The position numbers and the translations under genes are program-made. 64,000 nucleotides of DNA from a virus. The stretch lies in IMG/VR virus record IMGVR_UViG_3300032356_000182, positions 1 to 64,000 of that record; one strand, 5' to 3'. Shown here in pieces: positions 38,231 through 48,182 of the stretch. Within the stretch, counting starts at the first letter, position 1. Each line of letters opens with the position of its first letter. The notes beneath the pieces were generated by a model, which ran no database searches, was not told where the DNA came from, and saw nothing but the letters and a program-made list of their open reading frames with translations.

Positions 38231-38424
38231 TCAATCTTTTGAGGAAACAGCAGATGATCTAGAAAATCAACTCGGTCAAGCTAAAAATCTGAAAAACCAT
38301 AAGCCAAAATCAGAATAGAGCGATTTTTTAGTCTTTAGACATGCTTATTTTCAAGCTGTTGTTTTATTTGATTGCCTTAAAACTAGATCTTTAAGAAAAA
38401 TCTAAAAGGAAATAAAAATAAGTT

Positions 38425-38646
38425 ATGTCTTCATCTTGCGATAATGGATTTATAGGTTGTCCATCTTCTAATTGTCCGCGGGATAAATTAGCTAGACTCG
38501 GGCTTGTTAGAAATAAGCCGGGCATCTATCTCTGGTGCAAAAACTGTCACCGAGAGATAGGCTTTACTTTTGCGGAGCTCTTAGCTAGATTTGAGACTGA
38601 TGATTATATTGAAGAAAAAGCTAGCGAGCTTTCTAGGCGTTTTTGA
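38425..38646 (+). CDS. Small Cys4 zinc-finger protein (Mu Com-like spacing, tentative)
   Basis: CPSSNC...LARL...IYLWCKNCHREI. Confidence 0.5.
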   Translation: MSSSCDNGFIGCPSSNCPRDKLARLGLVRNKPGIYLWCKNCHREIGFTFAELLARFETDDYIEEKASELSRRF

Positions 38647-38716
38647 TAGGTTTGCTATGAGAGAGGAAAGAATTGATTTGAAATCAAATATTCTAACTTA
38701 AGATGTTTCGAGGGTT

Positions 38717-41380
38717 GTGTATATGAAAAGACGGGAATATGTCGTTGAAAGTCTTGCCCAGAGGATTTCTATCAAGCTTTTGAAAAAACTTGGAGGTCCT
38801 GGTTCAGGTCATCACGGTCATGCAGGAAGACCTGGTAAGCGTGGTGGCCCTGCTCCTTCTTCTGGAGGTGCCTCTATCGGTGTATCTGATGGCAAAGAAT
38901 ATGAAGATTTGGCTTTCAGAGATAGAAAGCCAGGAGAATCTGAGCAATCTTATGAATCTGATAAACATAAGCATAATGTTGATGTCCAGCTGAAGCTTGT
39001 TGAGGACAGCGACAGTCTAGATTTTCATCGGCGGGTAGTCTGGGGTGAAGGTAGGGATGATCTGTCTCAAGAATATAAAGAGATACAAGAAGGAATTATC
39101 AATTGGCAAAGTGAGTGTCATCTTGATATAGGTAGATTCTTAAGTGGGGAGATTGAAGATGACTCCCAGCTTAGCGTTTACGACAGTATAGATGAGCTTC
39201 GGGAGGACATCTCTAGATTGGATCTCGCATTTGAGAAAGCTCCTTCCTTGCCTTATGGTGTAGTTGTTAGAAGAGGATTAGTTAGTTCTTCTGGGCTCGC
39301 TTCTCTCCTCTTGAGCAGAAATCCAGAGGATCTTGTCGGAAAGGTTCTGTTTTGCAGATCTTTTATCAGCACTTCAATTGATAAGGATATTGCTGATCTT
39401 TTCTCCCAGACCTCTCTATCCAAAGGAGACAAAACAGTTACTTTTAGTATCAAAGTGCCGGCTGGAGAGAAGTTTATAGTCTTGGCTAACGACGAGCTTG
39501 AGATTCTGCTGAATCGAGATTTACGATTTGAGATTGAGGGTTGTTCTATCATTCCGGGGGAATATGAGAAATATGAGTATCAGCTTAAGGTTGTTCGAGA
39601 GAAACCTCCAGACATCAAATTTTCTGAACGAGTGCTAGCTCTAGGAGGTCCTGGTTCAGGATTTCATGGTCATGCTGGTCGCCCTGGTAAACGTGGTGGC
39701 TCTGCTCCGTCAAGTGGTATTAGTAAACTATTCTCAATCGTGCTTAAGGATCGGAAGACAGCTGAATCAATTATAAGCAATGAGTTAAAAGCAAGTTATT
39801 ACGATTTAGACTGCGATTTAGACTCATTTTTGAAATCTTTTGAGAAGCTAATTGAAGATGTTGTTGACAAGCTTTCGCGGGAATATTTCGAAGGTGTTAG
39901 CAAGATAACATTTGATCCACCGGAGGGATTTAAGTGGCTTACTAGTACAGAGGGCATGACTTCTCTTGGTATCTATGACGTTTTTCGACAAAGTATTCAT
40001 CTAAATCCTGTGCTTTTGCTCCCGTTTTATCGAGATAAAGCTCAAAAGGTTTTTGTTCATGAGCTGGGCCATCATGTTACAGACAATACTGGAAAGATAG
40101 CGAAAGATCTAGTTTCAGAAAAAGTGAATCCTTCAGTGGATGATACTGTATTTAATGATGATGTGCTGCATGAGTTACATGGGTTTTATTTAGTTTCCGG
40201 TCCTGGAAGCTTGAATAGGCTAGGTTTGCGAGAGTATTCGTTTTATTCAAAAGATGAGCTTGCTGCCGATGTTTTTATGACGTGGGCTCTTGGCTCTGAG
40301 TCTCAAAAAGAGGCTCTGGCCGAATTCTTGAAGGTAGGTTCCTTAGATGATCTCTTTGCGAAATCAAAGGCGATGAAATTGGCAGATGCTGTTGTTAAAC
40401 TGCCAGTGAAAAAGTTAGGAGGTCCTGGTTCAGGTCATCACGGTCATGCAGGAAGACCTGGTAAGCGTGGTGGCTCTGCTCCTTCTTCTGGGATGAGAAT
40501 ATCTGAAAAGAATGTTGCTGAAGAAAGTCAAGATATGGGGGCTGAATTAGTTAAGCAAGTTCCAGTTTTTTATGGATTCTCTGGCATTAGAGAATTTGTA
40601 GAAAAGATTGCTTCAGCAGGTGTGAAGTTTCATACTAATTTGTTTCCATCGAATTCAACTTTTATAAATTATTTGAGATATGCTGGAGTTGACTTATCTG
40701 AGTGCATGTCCGAAGAGATGGAAGTAAATGGTGAATACCATCAAACGCTAAGAGCTTGCAAGATTAGAGGTATGCTTGCTCTAGATGAAGCGCTATCTGA
40801 AGTAAATCCTGACGTTTCCACTGGCAGATATGGTGTTGGAGATAGCATTCAGGTTCAGTGGACGAGGCATTCAACTGATGAAGGGAATTTTATTGATGCT
40901 TTTCAAACCCTTTCAGCTGAGGAGCAAGGTGTCCCTATCAGAAGTCGAAGAGCGAAGCATGGTTCTAGCAAGTTTAAGGATAGCGCTACTGATACTGATT
41001 GGAAAATGGCTAAGGTCGCTTATGAAAGCGTTAAGAGAAGAACTCAAGAATTTTTCGAATCGAAGGGCTATGATCCTGAAGATGAAGTTTTGATTTTTAG
41101 AGGACAAGGACAAGGGCAATTTCAGGGTAAAGATATCAAAAACGGTAGCTATATCAAGTGGGAAGATATTGATTTGCATCCTCTGTCTTCCTGGTCTTTT
41201 AATCCTGCTACCGCGTATTCTTTTGCAGATGGTGGCAATGGAGTTGTTATGGTAGCAACTATAAAAGTAAAAGATATCATAAACTATTCAATCACAGGAT
41301 GGGGCTGCATCAATGAGGAAGAGGTGATTGCTCCGTGCAGTAAGCTAAGAAATATGCGTGTTATCTATGGGAGGCAGTAG
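38717..41380 (+). CDS. Tagged effector polyprotein 2: VIP2-like ART / zincin peptidase / divergent R-S-E ART
   Basis: Tags at 38789, 39641, 40415; RRG-FISTS-ELE; HELGH...YS...ELAAD; IFRG-SSWS-EEEVI. Confidence 0.85.
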   Translation: MYMKRREYVVESLAQRISIKLLKKLGGPGSGHHGHAGRPGKRGGPAPSSGGASIGVSDGKEYEDLAFRDRKPGESEQSYESDKHKHNVDVQLKLVEDSDSLDFHRRVVWGEGRDDLSQEYKEIQEGIINWQSECHLDIGRFLSGEIEDDSQLSVYDSIDELREDISRLDLAFEKAPSLPYGVVVRRGLVSSSGLASLLLSRNPEDLVGKVLFCRSFISTSIDKDIADLFSQTSLSKGDKTVTFSIKVPAGEKFIVLANDELEILLNRDLRFEIEGCSIIPGEYEKYEYQLKVVREKPPDIKFSERVLALGGPGSGFHGHAGRPGKRGGSAPSSGISKLFSIVLKDRKTAESIISNELKASYYDLDCDLDSFLKSFEKLIEDVVDKLSREYFEGVSKITFDPPEGFKWLTSTEGMTSLGIYDVFRQSIHLNPVLLLPFYRDKAQKVFVHELGHHVTDNTGKIAKDLVSEKVNPSVDDTVFNDDVLHELHGFYLVSGPGSLNRLGLREYSFYSKDELAADVFMTWALGSESQKEALAEFLKVGSLDDLFAKSKAMKLADAVVKLPVKKLGGPGSGHHGHAGRPGKRGGSAPSSGMRISEKNVAEESQDMGAELVKQVPVFYGFSGIREFVEKIASAGVKFHTNLFPSNSTFINYLRYAGVDLSECMSEEMEVNGEYHQTLRACKIRGMLALDEALSEVNPDVSTGRYGVGDSIQVQWTRHSTDEGNFIDAFQTLSAEEQGVPIRSRRAKHGSSKFKDSATDTDWKMAKVAYESVKRRTQEFFESKGYDPEDEVLIFRGQGQGQFQGKDIKNGSYIKWEDIDLHPLSSWSFNPATAYSFADGGNGVVMVATIKVKDIINYSITGWGCINEEEVIAPCSKLRNMRVIYGRQ

Positions 41381-41383
41381 GAA

Positions 41384-42025
41384 ATGATTGATAATCCGTT
41401 AGTTTTGGCATTGAAGACATCTAAAGGCTATACTGAAGAGTATGATGACTCTTGGACGATTCCGTTTCTGGAAAACTATATGGAATATCCAGCTATACAG
41501 ACTTTTTTGAACAAAGTTCTAAATGGCCCGTGGATGTCACAGGCTGATGAAATGAGGGCTGAGGTTCCAGCATTGACTATTTACGAAGAAGATGAAAAGC
41601 TGTTTTCTTATTTTCTAAATACAGCAAGGGCTTTGGAAAGTGTTCTGGAAAGTGAATTTGCTGATGTTCCTCCTGATATTGAAAAATTCTACATTCTGAC
41701 ACCGAAAACAGAAGATTTTCGGCAGGTTATGAAGATATCAGGTTTTACGCCTAAACTTCTCGAATCTGTTAAGTTCGATGTATGGGGATTTTATATAGCG
41801 TACCCTTCTTTGCCAGATGCTCTGGAAAATTTGGAAGACCCTGCTGATGATATGATTGCTTTTGAACTTTCAGAATTGAACAGAGCTTTTCCACTGTATG
41901 GTGGATATTTGACTGAACTTCGTCAAACTTATGTTGTTGAAGATGCTTATGAAGATTCTGGTGGATTGATTGTTTTGGCGGTGAAAAGATTAGATAATGC
42001 TCTCAACAACTTTACGAGTAGATAG
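41384..42025 (+). CDS. Acidic hypothetical protein
   Basis: 213 aa, D/E-rich, between polyprotein 2 and terminase. Confidence 0.7.
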   Translation: MIDNPLVLALKTSKGYTEEYDDSWTIPFLENYMEYPAIQTFLNKVLNGPWMSQADEMRAEVPALTIYEEDEKLFSYFLNTARALESVLESEFADVPPDIEKFYILTPKTEDFRQVMKISGFTPKLLESVKFDVWGFYIAYPSLPDALENLEDPADDMIAFELSELNRAFPLYGGYLTELRQTYVVEDAYEDSGGLIVLAVKRLDNALNNFTSR

Positions 42026-43769
42026 TATAGCTGATACTCTACTTCAGCTCTATGGCAGAGAGGAAGTTAAGAAGGTTCTATCTCCTATATCTGTTCTCGA
42101 CTGGGCAAAGACCTATCGGAGGATAGGCGGTCAGCCTTTCAGTTTAGATGAATACCCATGCTTAGAGAAGATTTATGAAGATAAGCATCCCTTCAAGGTA
42201 ATTCAAAAACCAGCTCAGGTTGGTGTATCCGAATATCTTATCAATCTAGCTGTTCACGCTATGGATTGTGGAGTATCTTACTACAATTTGAAGAAGGCCA
42301 GATTGAATGTTGGATATATTTTTCCAACACATTCCTCTCTGGCGGAATTTGCTAAGGAACGCCTACTGGCTGGAATTTTTGAAGAATCTGATTACTTAGG
42401 CGGCATTGTTAGAGCACGAGAAACTGGAAAGTCGAAGATGTCAATCCGATCTTCTTCAGTATTCTACAGAATTAAAGAGTCGTTTTTTCATCTTCGTGGA
42501 GCTTGGAATCCAAGCGTGTCGCTAAAATCTTTTCCAGTTGACTTATTGATAATTGATGAGCTGGACGAATGTCCTGATAGAGCAGTTGCTCTAGCTGAGA
42601 AACGACTTCGTGCTTCTGACTTGCGCTATCGAGTTTATGTCTCTACTCCTACATATCCAGGTAGAGGCATTAGCTATTATTATTCTTTATCAGATCAGCA
42701 TATCTGGGAGATAAGATGTCCTAATTGTGGACTATGGCAGGAGCCAGATTTTTTCAATAATGTGTTTTTGCGAGAAGATGATCAGTTTCATCCTTATTCG
42801 GTTTGGAAATCAATAGCAGCGAACAACATAACCGATAAAGAGTTTGTGTTCGCTTGCAGAGCGTGCTTTTTTCGACTAAATAAGTTAGCAAAAGGTCGCT
42901 GGAGAGCGCAAAACCCGGGAAGCTATATTAGAGGTTACAGAATACCGGGGCTTGTTTCACCTAAAGTTCCATTGATTGAGCTTGTTAGAAACTCTCTGCT
43001 TATGCGGCCTGCTGAAATTCAAGAGTTTTGGAATTCGGATTTAGGCTTGCCTTTTGCACCAAGCGGTGGATCTCTTAATGAGAGTGTCCTGAGTTCTTGT
43101 GAATTGAAAGGTATCAGGGAGTTTAAGGATCCTAATCATGTTGAATACTCTGTAGCTGGAGTTGATGTTGGTGCAAAGTTGCATCTAACTATTGAGTCTC
43201 CAAGAGATGATGGAAGATGGGAGACAGTCTATATGGCTGAGTTAGATGATTTTGAAGAGCTGGATTTGCTATTTCATCAGTTCAAAATCAGAAGCTTGGT
43301 CGTTGATGCCTATCCTGAGACTCGAGAGGCGAAGCGTTTGGCTGAGAGATTCAGAGGTTTAGTTTGGCTAGGTAGATATCCGAATATGACTAGCTTAGAG
43401 ACTGCAGTATTCCGGGATGACAACGATGAGAGAGTTCCTCTGGTAGATATTGCTAGGACTCAAGCTATGGATGAGGTTACTGTGGACATCATTCAGCAGA
43501 AGAGTTGCTGGCCAGAAGGTACGAGATATCAATTTGCTGACTTCTATTCTCAGCTATGCGCTCCTGTTAAAACTAAAGTTGAGTCAACTAGATCGGATGG
43601 TTCTGTTATTGAAAAATACTCGTATGTAGAAAGTGGCCCTGATCACTGGTTTCATTCTAGAGTTTATTCATATATCGCTAGGAAACGGGTAGCTGGGTGG
43701 ACTCCTACTGAAGATGCTGATTCTCTAGTTGGAAAGGATGAGGTATCAATCTTCGGAGTTGAGTTCTAA
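41997..43769 (+). CDS. Terminase large subunit, lambda gpA-like
   Basis: QKPAQVGVSE, LIIDELD, VSTPT, SDQHIW..CPNCG, LGLPF, AGVDVG, PDHWFH. Confidence 0.92.
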   Translation: MLSTTLRVDSIADTLLQLYGREEVKKVLSPISVLDWAKTYRRIGGQPFSLDEYPCLEKIYEDKHPFKVIQKPAQVGVSEYLINLAVHAMDCGVSYYNLKKARLNVGYIFPTHSSLAEFAKERLLAGIFEESDYLGGIVRARETGKSKMSIRSSSVFYRIKESFFHLRGAWNPSVSLKSFPVDLLIIDELDECPDRAVALAEKRLRASDLRYRVYVSTPTYPGRGISYYYSLSDQHIWEIRCPNCGLWQEPDFFNNVFLREDDQFHPYSVWKSIAANNITDKEFVFACRACFFRLNKLAKGRWRAQNPGSYIRGYRIPGLVSPKVPLIELVRNSLLMRPAEIQEFWNSDLGLPFAPSGGSLNESVLSSCELKGIREFKDPNHVEYSVAGVDVGAKLHLTIESPRDDGRWETVYMAELDDFEELDLLFHQFKIRSLVVDAYPETREAKRLAERFRGLVWLGRYPNMTSLETAVFRDDNDERVPLVDIARTQAMDEVTVDIIQQKSCWPEGTRYQFADFYSQLCAPVKTKVESTRSDGSVIEKYSYVESGPDHWFHSRVYSYIARKRVAGWTPTEDADSLVGKDEVSIFGVEF

Positions 43770-43923
43770 GAGGATTGAAAAGACTAGTGATTTTTATTTT
43801 GAGGGATCTTAACTTATAATAAAGACAGCTTGGTGAGGTTTTGCGTTGAGGCTTTTGGTAAAAACCAGATGCGAAAAACTATCGATTTTTGTCTATTTGA
43901 ATTTTTTGAGGAGAGGCTAAAAT

Positions 43924-45399
43924 TTGAATGGACTAGATTTAAGTGCGGCCTTAGCTTCAAAAATTTCAGAAAAGTTAACTCAACGTCTCGGCGGCCCTGG
44001 TTCTGGTCATCACGGCCATGCTGGCCGACCCGGTAAACGTGGTGGATCGGCTCCTTCTAGAAAAGGGATTGGAGCAGCAGAGAGCATGGAGAGTGAGAGC
44101 AGCTCAATTGGTGATCTCTATGCTCATGCATCAGAGAGAGCGAAGGAGCTGGCGAGGAAGACCGGTTTGCTTGCCTTAGATTCTGCTGCTGAGGCTTATC
44201 TAGCTAAGATTTCAGAGTTTTCTGAGAAGAAAGTTTCTGTAAAGTCTTTCTTAGAGGCGGTACGCTCTGAAGAAAAGTTTTATTCTATATGTGGTAAAAC
44301 GTCCGAGGATGATTTTACAGAGGAAGATGATTCTCGTCTGTTTAATTACTTTCGGAATTGGGTTGAAAATGAATATCTGCGAGCGCGACTCAATGTGGCT
44401 ATGTCTGAAGATGAAAGACTTGTTTTTGATAAGCTAGTTGACGCATATACTGATGTTTCTGATGATGGAGACTGGGAGTCTGTCTATGACTATAGTTTTT
44501 ATGCAGGCGCGGAAGCTGAAAAATATTTTAAGAAGATGGATCCGAATGAGAAAAAACTTCTTCGCAACGTTTTCAGAAAAATAGCGATTGATGAGATGTA
44601 TAGACACGTTATTGAAAATTTTGGATTTTACAACATAGACTTTGATAGAGAATTGGAATCTAATATTGGATTTAATTATTCAAACGAGACTATACTTTAT
44701 GATGCTATAGTGTATAATCCGATTAGGCCTAATGAGAAATATGATGCGTACTTCTCGAGACTAGCGTCAGTGTTGCTAGATGATGGCTTTCTTAGCGAGT
44801 ATGATGAGTTTCCGATTAAAAAAATGAAGACGATTTCTTCGGTTAGTTCTGAAGAGCGATCAGCTGTTGAGAAGGATATCTTCAGTTCCTGGGATAAGAC
44901 AAATCACAGCAGTTTTTCTGTCAAAGTTCTTGGAGTTTACCGAATTGGTTCTCCTTCGCAGAATGTGGTTGAAACTCAGAAAGCTCTTGGGAATATCCGA
45001 TCGGGTTTTTATCACGGCACTTCAATTAGACGTGCTCTCAATATTGCAGGTGGTGGATTCCGATTGGTGAGCAAACCCAAGACAGGACAGATGCTCGGGC
45101 CAGGGATATATCTTACTGATACTTCGTCTAAAAGTGTGCAGTATGTTGGAGAGGTTTACTCTCGCGACTCGGATAGAGGCGTATTGCTAAGAGTTAGCGC
45201 AGCGCTAGGCAAGGTAGCCAAGGTAACGAATCTTTCCTCATTTCAACAGCTGCCTGATGGTGACACTTATTTTGCTGCAAAGGGCGAGAGGTATGAAGAC
45301 TTCTTTCTGAAGAACTCTGAGTGGTGTGTAAAGAATCCAGACGCAATTTCTGTTGAATATTGGATTGATATGCAAAAGACTCGGAGTGCAAGAAAATAA
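43924..45399 (+). CDS. Tagged effector: PARP-like (H-Y-E) ADP-ribosyltransferase
   Basis: Tag at 43987; FYHGT, GQMLGPGIYLTD..SKSVQY, NSEWCV. Confidence 0.85.
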   Translation: MNGLDLSAALASKISEKLTQRLGGPGSGHHGHAGRPGKRGGSAPSRKGIGAAESMESESSSIGDLYAHASERAKELARKTGLLALDSAAEAYLAKISEFSEKKVSVKSFLEAVRSEEKFYSICGKTSEDDFTEEDDSRLFNYFRNWVENEYLRARLNVAMSEDERLVFDKLVDAYTDVSDDGDWESVYDYSFYAGAEAEKYFKKMDPNEKKLLRNVFRKIAIDEMYRHVIENFGFYNIDFDRELESNIGFNYSNETILYDAIVYNPIRPNEKYDAYFSRLASVLLDDGFLSEYDEFPIKKMKTISSVSSEERSAVEKDIFSSWDKTNHSSFSVKVLGVYRIGSPSQNVVETQKALGNIRSGFYHGTSIRRALNIAGGGFRLVSKPKTGQMLGPGIYLTDTSSKSVQYVGEVYSRDSDRGVLLRVSAALGKVAKVTNLSSFQQLPDGDTYFAAKGERYEDFFLKNSEWCVKNPDAISVEYWIDMQKTRSARK

Positions 45400-45442
45400 T
45401 GGTTTTTAAGCTATCTTGTTAGCAAAAAGGAGATAGAATAAG

Positions 45443-45745
45443 GTGTCAAAGAAATCTTTGAGATTGGCTAGAATACTACGGAAGCTGCAGGATAGGAGGC
45501 TAAGAAAAGTGAAGACAAATCATGTTCAAGATGGCAGTAGGCCGATTTATTGTCATCGCCGACGGGAAATTCAGGATTTCTTGTCTAAAGAATTCTTTGA
45601 AGATAACTGTTTGTCCGGCTGTCCCTTCTTTGAAGGTACTTATCAAGGGCAAGGCATTGAATGCAAATATTATGATGGTTCAAATAATCCGATTGAGCTG
45701 GTTAGAGATGCTAAAGAGCTAGCTGATAGATCGTCTAATCTTTGA
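45443..45745 (+). CDS. Small protein with basic N-terminal helix and Cys cluster
   Basis: LRLARILRKL; C...CLSGCPF...GIEC. Confidence 0.65.
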   Translation: MSKKSLRLARILRKLQDRRLRKVKTNHVQDGSRPIYCHRRREIQDFLSKEFFEDNCLSGCPFFEGTYQGQGIECKYYDGSNNPIELVRDAKELADRSSNL

Positions 45746-45768
45746 CAGATTTTTAGAAGGAGAGCTGC

Positions 45769-46515
45769 ATGATAACCAGATTTGGTTTGAGTGATGCTTT
45801 AGCTTCAAAAATTTCAGAAAAGTTAACTCAACGTCTCGGCGGCCCTGGTTCTGGTCATCACGGCCATGCTGGCCGACCCGGTAAACGTGGAGGATCTGCT
45901 AAGACAAAGGTGGCAGTTTCGGCAGCTAAAGCTTCTGGTGGATTTAAGCTAAAACCAAGTCTTATTCCGCTTGCTAGAACTTCTCTGCATTATGATACTT
46001 TTGAAGATTTTGAGAGAGACTACACCACAAACAACTTTCACGGGACTTATGTTCATCTGACTAATGATGCTGATTTCAGGGTTGATCCAAACAGAGCTCC
46101 TAGAGATGCATCTTCTATGTCCATCGGCTCGAGCTCTTATCCAGGTTTGATGGTGACAACTGATCCTGAAAATTGGGATTTTGTGCTTAGTGGAAAAGGC
46201 ACTGTTTCACCAAAAGACGCTGCTAAATTTAGAAGAAAGTATATGGCAATTATTGATTTGTCTTATCTGGTTCCTGGTAAAGATTATATAAGTGTAGCTA
46301 GAGGCTTCGGGCATGAAATTTTTGTCAGAGACAATCTTGATAAAGTTAAGGTTTTGAAAGTTGTTCCTATTGATAGAGGAATTCGGCAATGGAATTATCG
46401 GTATAACAGAGTAATGCCAAACAGTTCTAGAGATCTGCGAGATATCTATAACTGGGCAAGAGAAAACAAAGATAGACTATTGTTAGATAAAATAAAATCT
46501 AAGGAGGAAAGATGA
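45769..46515 (+). CDS. Tagged effector, unknown domain (possible His-type ART fold)
   Basis: Tag at 45835; YVHLT...PGLMVT...HEIFV. Confidence 0.7.
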   Translation: MITRFGLSDALASKISEKLTQRLGGPGSGHHGHAGRPGKRGGSAKTKVAVSAAKASGGFKLKPSLIPLARTSLHYDTFEDFERDYTTNNFHGTYVHLTNDADFRVDPNRAPRDASSMSIGSSSYPGLMVTTDPENWDFVLSGKGTVSPKDAAKFRRKYMAIIDLSYLVPGKDYISVARGFGHEIFVRDNLDKVKVLKVVPIDRGIRQWNYRYNRVMPNSSRDLRDIYNWARENKDRLLLDKIKSKEER

Positions 46516-46718
46516 GTACTTGCCAAAGGGAGCATACAGATTTTCAGCCGGATGTTTGGACTTGCCCGACTTGTGGAGAGGTTGATGATTTTGTTAATCA
46601 AGGCAGCTTTGAAGGGGAAGATTGTCCTAGGCTTCATGTGGATGATATTATCATCTGCTATTCTTGTGGCGGAGATTGGACAGGACAAGAATTAGCTGAA
46701 GTTATGGCAGAGACGTAG
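46512..46718 (+). CDS. Zinc-ribbon protein (paralogue of 31439-31663)
   Basis: FQPDVWTCPTCG...DCPRLHVDD..C..C. Confidence 0.6.
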   Translation: MSTCQREHTDFQPDVWTCPTCGEVDDFVNQGSFEGEDCPRLHVDDIIICYSCGGDWTGQELAEVMAET

Positions 46719-46719
46719 A

Positions 46720-46941
46720 ATGGAGAAAGGTTGGTATTATTGTTTGCCTTGTCCAAAATGTGGACAATCTTTTGTTATCGGGCTGATTACTCTCGGGGGA
46801 TTATCTATCTCTGCGAGATGTGATAGGTGTAGCTTTGAAGGTTCTTATGTTGCTTATGGGAATATGGCTGTTACTCTGTATTTGAGGAGTGGGATGCCAA
46901 CTGATGATTTACTGCTATCTAAAGGAATTTTGAAAAGTTAA
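46720..46941 (+). CDS. Small zinc-ribbon protein
   Basis: CPKC...CDRC. Confidence 0.55.
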   Translation: MEKGWYYCLPCPKCGQSFVIGLITLGGLSISARCDRCSFEGSYVAYGNMAVTLYLRSGMPTDDLLLSKGILKS

Positions 46942-47010
46942 CGACAAAAGTTGTAGAGGATTTACTTTTTGATAGAATTTTCTCTTATTAAATATCGGGA
47001 GGATAGTTAT

Positions 47011-48018
47011 ATGTATACAAATTCAAAGCTAGATTATTCGGATAGAAGAGAGGCCAAGAGACTTGGCGGCCCCGGTTCTGGTCATCACGGCCATGCTGGC
47101 CGCCCAGGCAAAAGAGGAGGTTCTGCTCCTCGTTCTTCTGGAGGGTATCGAGATCTTTCATTTCGAGAGATTGAGCCAGGCGAAAATCCATTAGCTTATG
47201 ATGAGAAAGAGCTGCGTCATAGTAATGAAGCTATGCTACAGTTGATTTCAGATAGCGGCAGTCGAAAATTTCATAATCAGGTTGCTGAATGGGAAGGCTT
47301 TGATCCGGACGTATCTGATAGGCGCTGGAAAGAGAGGGAGGCTCTCATTAGTTGGAGATCTTCTGGTTATCACTATATCAATAAATACCTGAGAGGAGAA
47401 CTAGACGAAAGTTCTCTCAGTTCTTACAGATCGATAAGAGATATTAAAAGAGATATCAGAAATCTTGATCTTGCTTTTAATGAGGCTCCGAGACTTCCTT
47501 ATGGCATAGTTGTTAGAAGAGGGCTTGACCCGGAATCTGAGGCGGCTAAGAAAATTTTGAGTACAGATCCGAAAGATTTAATCGGGAAAGTTTTTCAAGC
47601 GAAGGCATTTATCAGCACCTCTATCAGTAAATCTGTAGCAAAGCTCTACGCTACGCCAAGTCATAAGAAAGGTGAAATTCCGAATATCGTTACTTTTACC
47701 ATCAAAGTGCCGGCAGGTGAGAAATTCATCGCTATACCTGGAGCGCAATCTGAGATTCTCCTAAATAGAAATCTAAGTTTTGAGGTAGAGGATTTTTCAA
47801 TCGTACCAGCAAGAGACGTCATAGAGCATAACTTTGTGCTAAAGGTTGCCCAAAAATTAGATATTCAGCTCTCCGAAGATGATCCTTTTGCGAAATCAAA
47901 GGCGATGAAATTGGCAGATGCTATTGTTAAACTGCTAGTGAAAAAGTTAGGAGGTCCTGGTTCAGGATTTCATGGTCATGCTGGCCGACCCGGTAAGCGT
48001 GGCGGCTCTGCTCCGTGA
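47011..48018 (+). CDS. Tagged effector: VIP2-like ART (QxE) ending in an empty second tag
   Basis: ATG 47011 after GGGAGG; tags at 47062 and 47947; INKYLRG, RRG, FISTS, QSEILL. Confidence 0.85.
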   Translation: MYTNSKLDYSDRREAKRLGGPGSGHHGHAGRPGKRGGSAPRSSGGYRDLSFREIEPGENPLAYDEKELRHSNEAMLQLISDSGSRKFHNQVAEWEGFDPDVSDRRWKEREALISWRSSGYHYINKYLRGELDESSLSSYRSIRDIKRDIRNLDLAFNEAPRLPYGIVVRRGLDPESEAAKKILSTDPKDLIGKVFQAKAFISTSISKSVAKLYATPSHKKGEIPNIVTFTIKVPAGEKFIAIPGAQSEILLNRNLSFEVEDFSIVPARDVIEHNFVLKVAQKLDIQLSEDDPFAKSKAMKLADAIVKLLVKKLGGPGSGFHGHAGRPGKRGGSAP

Positions 48019-48182
48019 AAAGAGATTTCAGCTGAGAAGACTCCTGCAGCTAGTTCTCAGACCCGAGAGATAAAAACTCTCCCTCCTCCAGAATTTATCA
48101 AAAAAAACCTGAGCAGAGGTCTTGGAACACTCGAGAGCCCTCACTAAGGCTGGAGAGAGCTGAGGAAGCGAAAAAGGAAACT

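Noticed and set aside
43951-45890. Diversity-generating retroelement TR/VR pair
   Set aside because: Copies are identical rather than differing at adenines, and no reverse transcriptase is present in the window
48016-48018. Stop-codon reassignment (TGA or TAG recoding)
   Set aside because: Conserved genes are full length under code 11 and all three stop codons end genes normally
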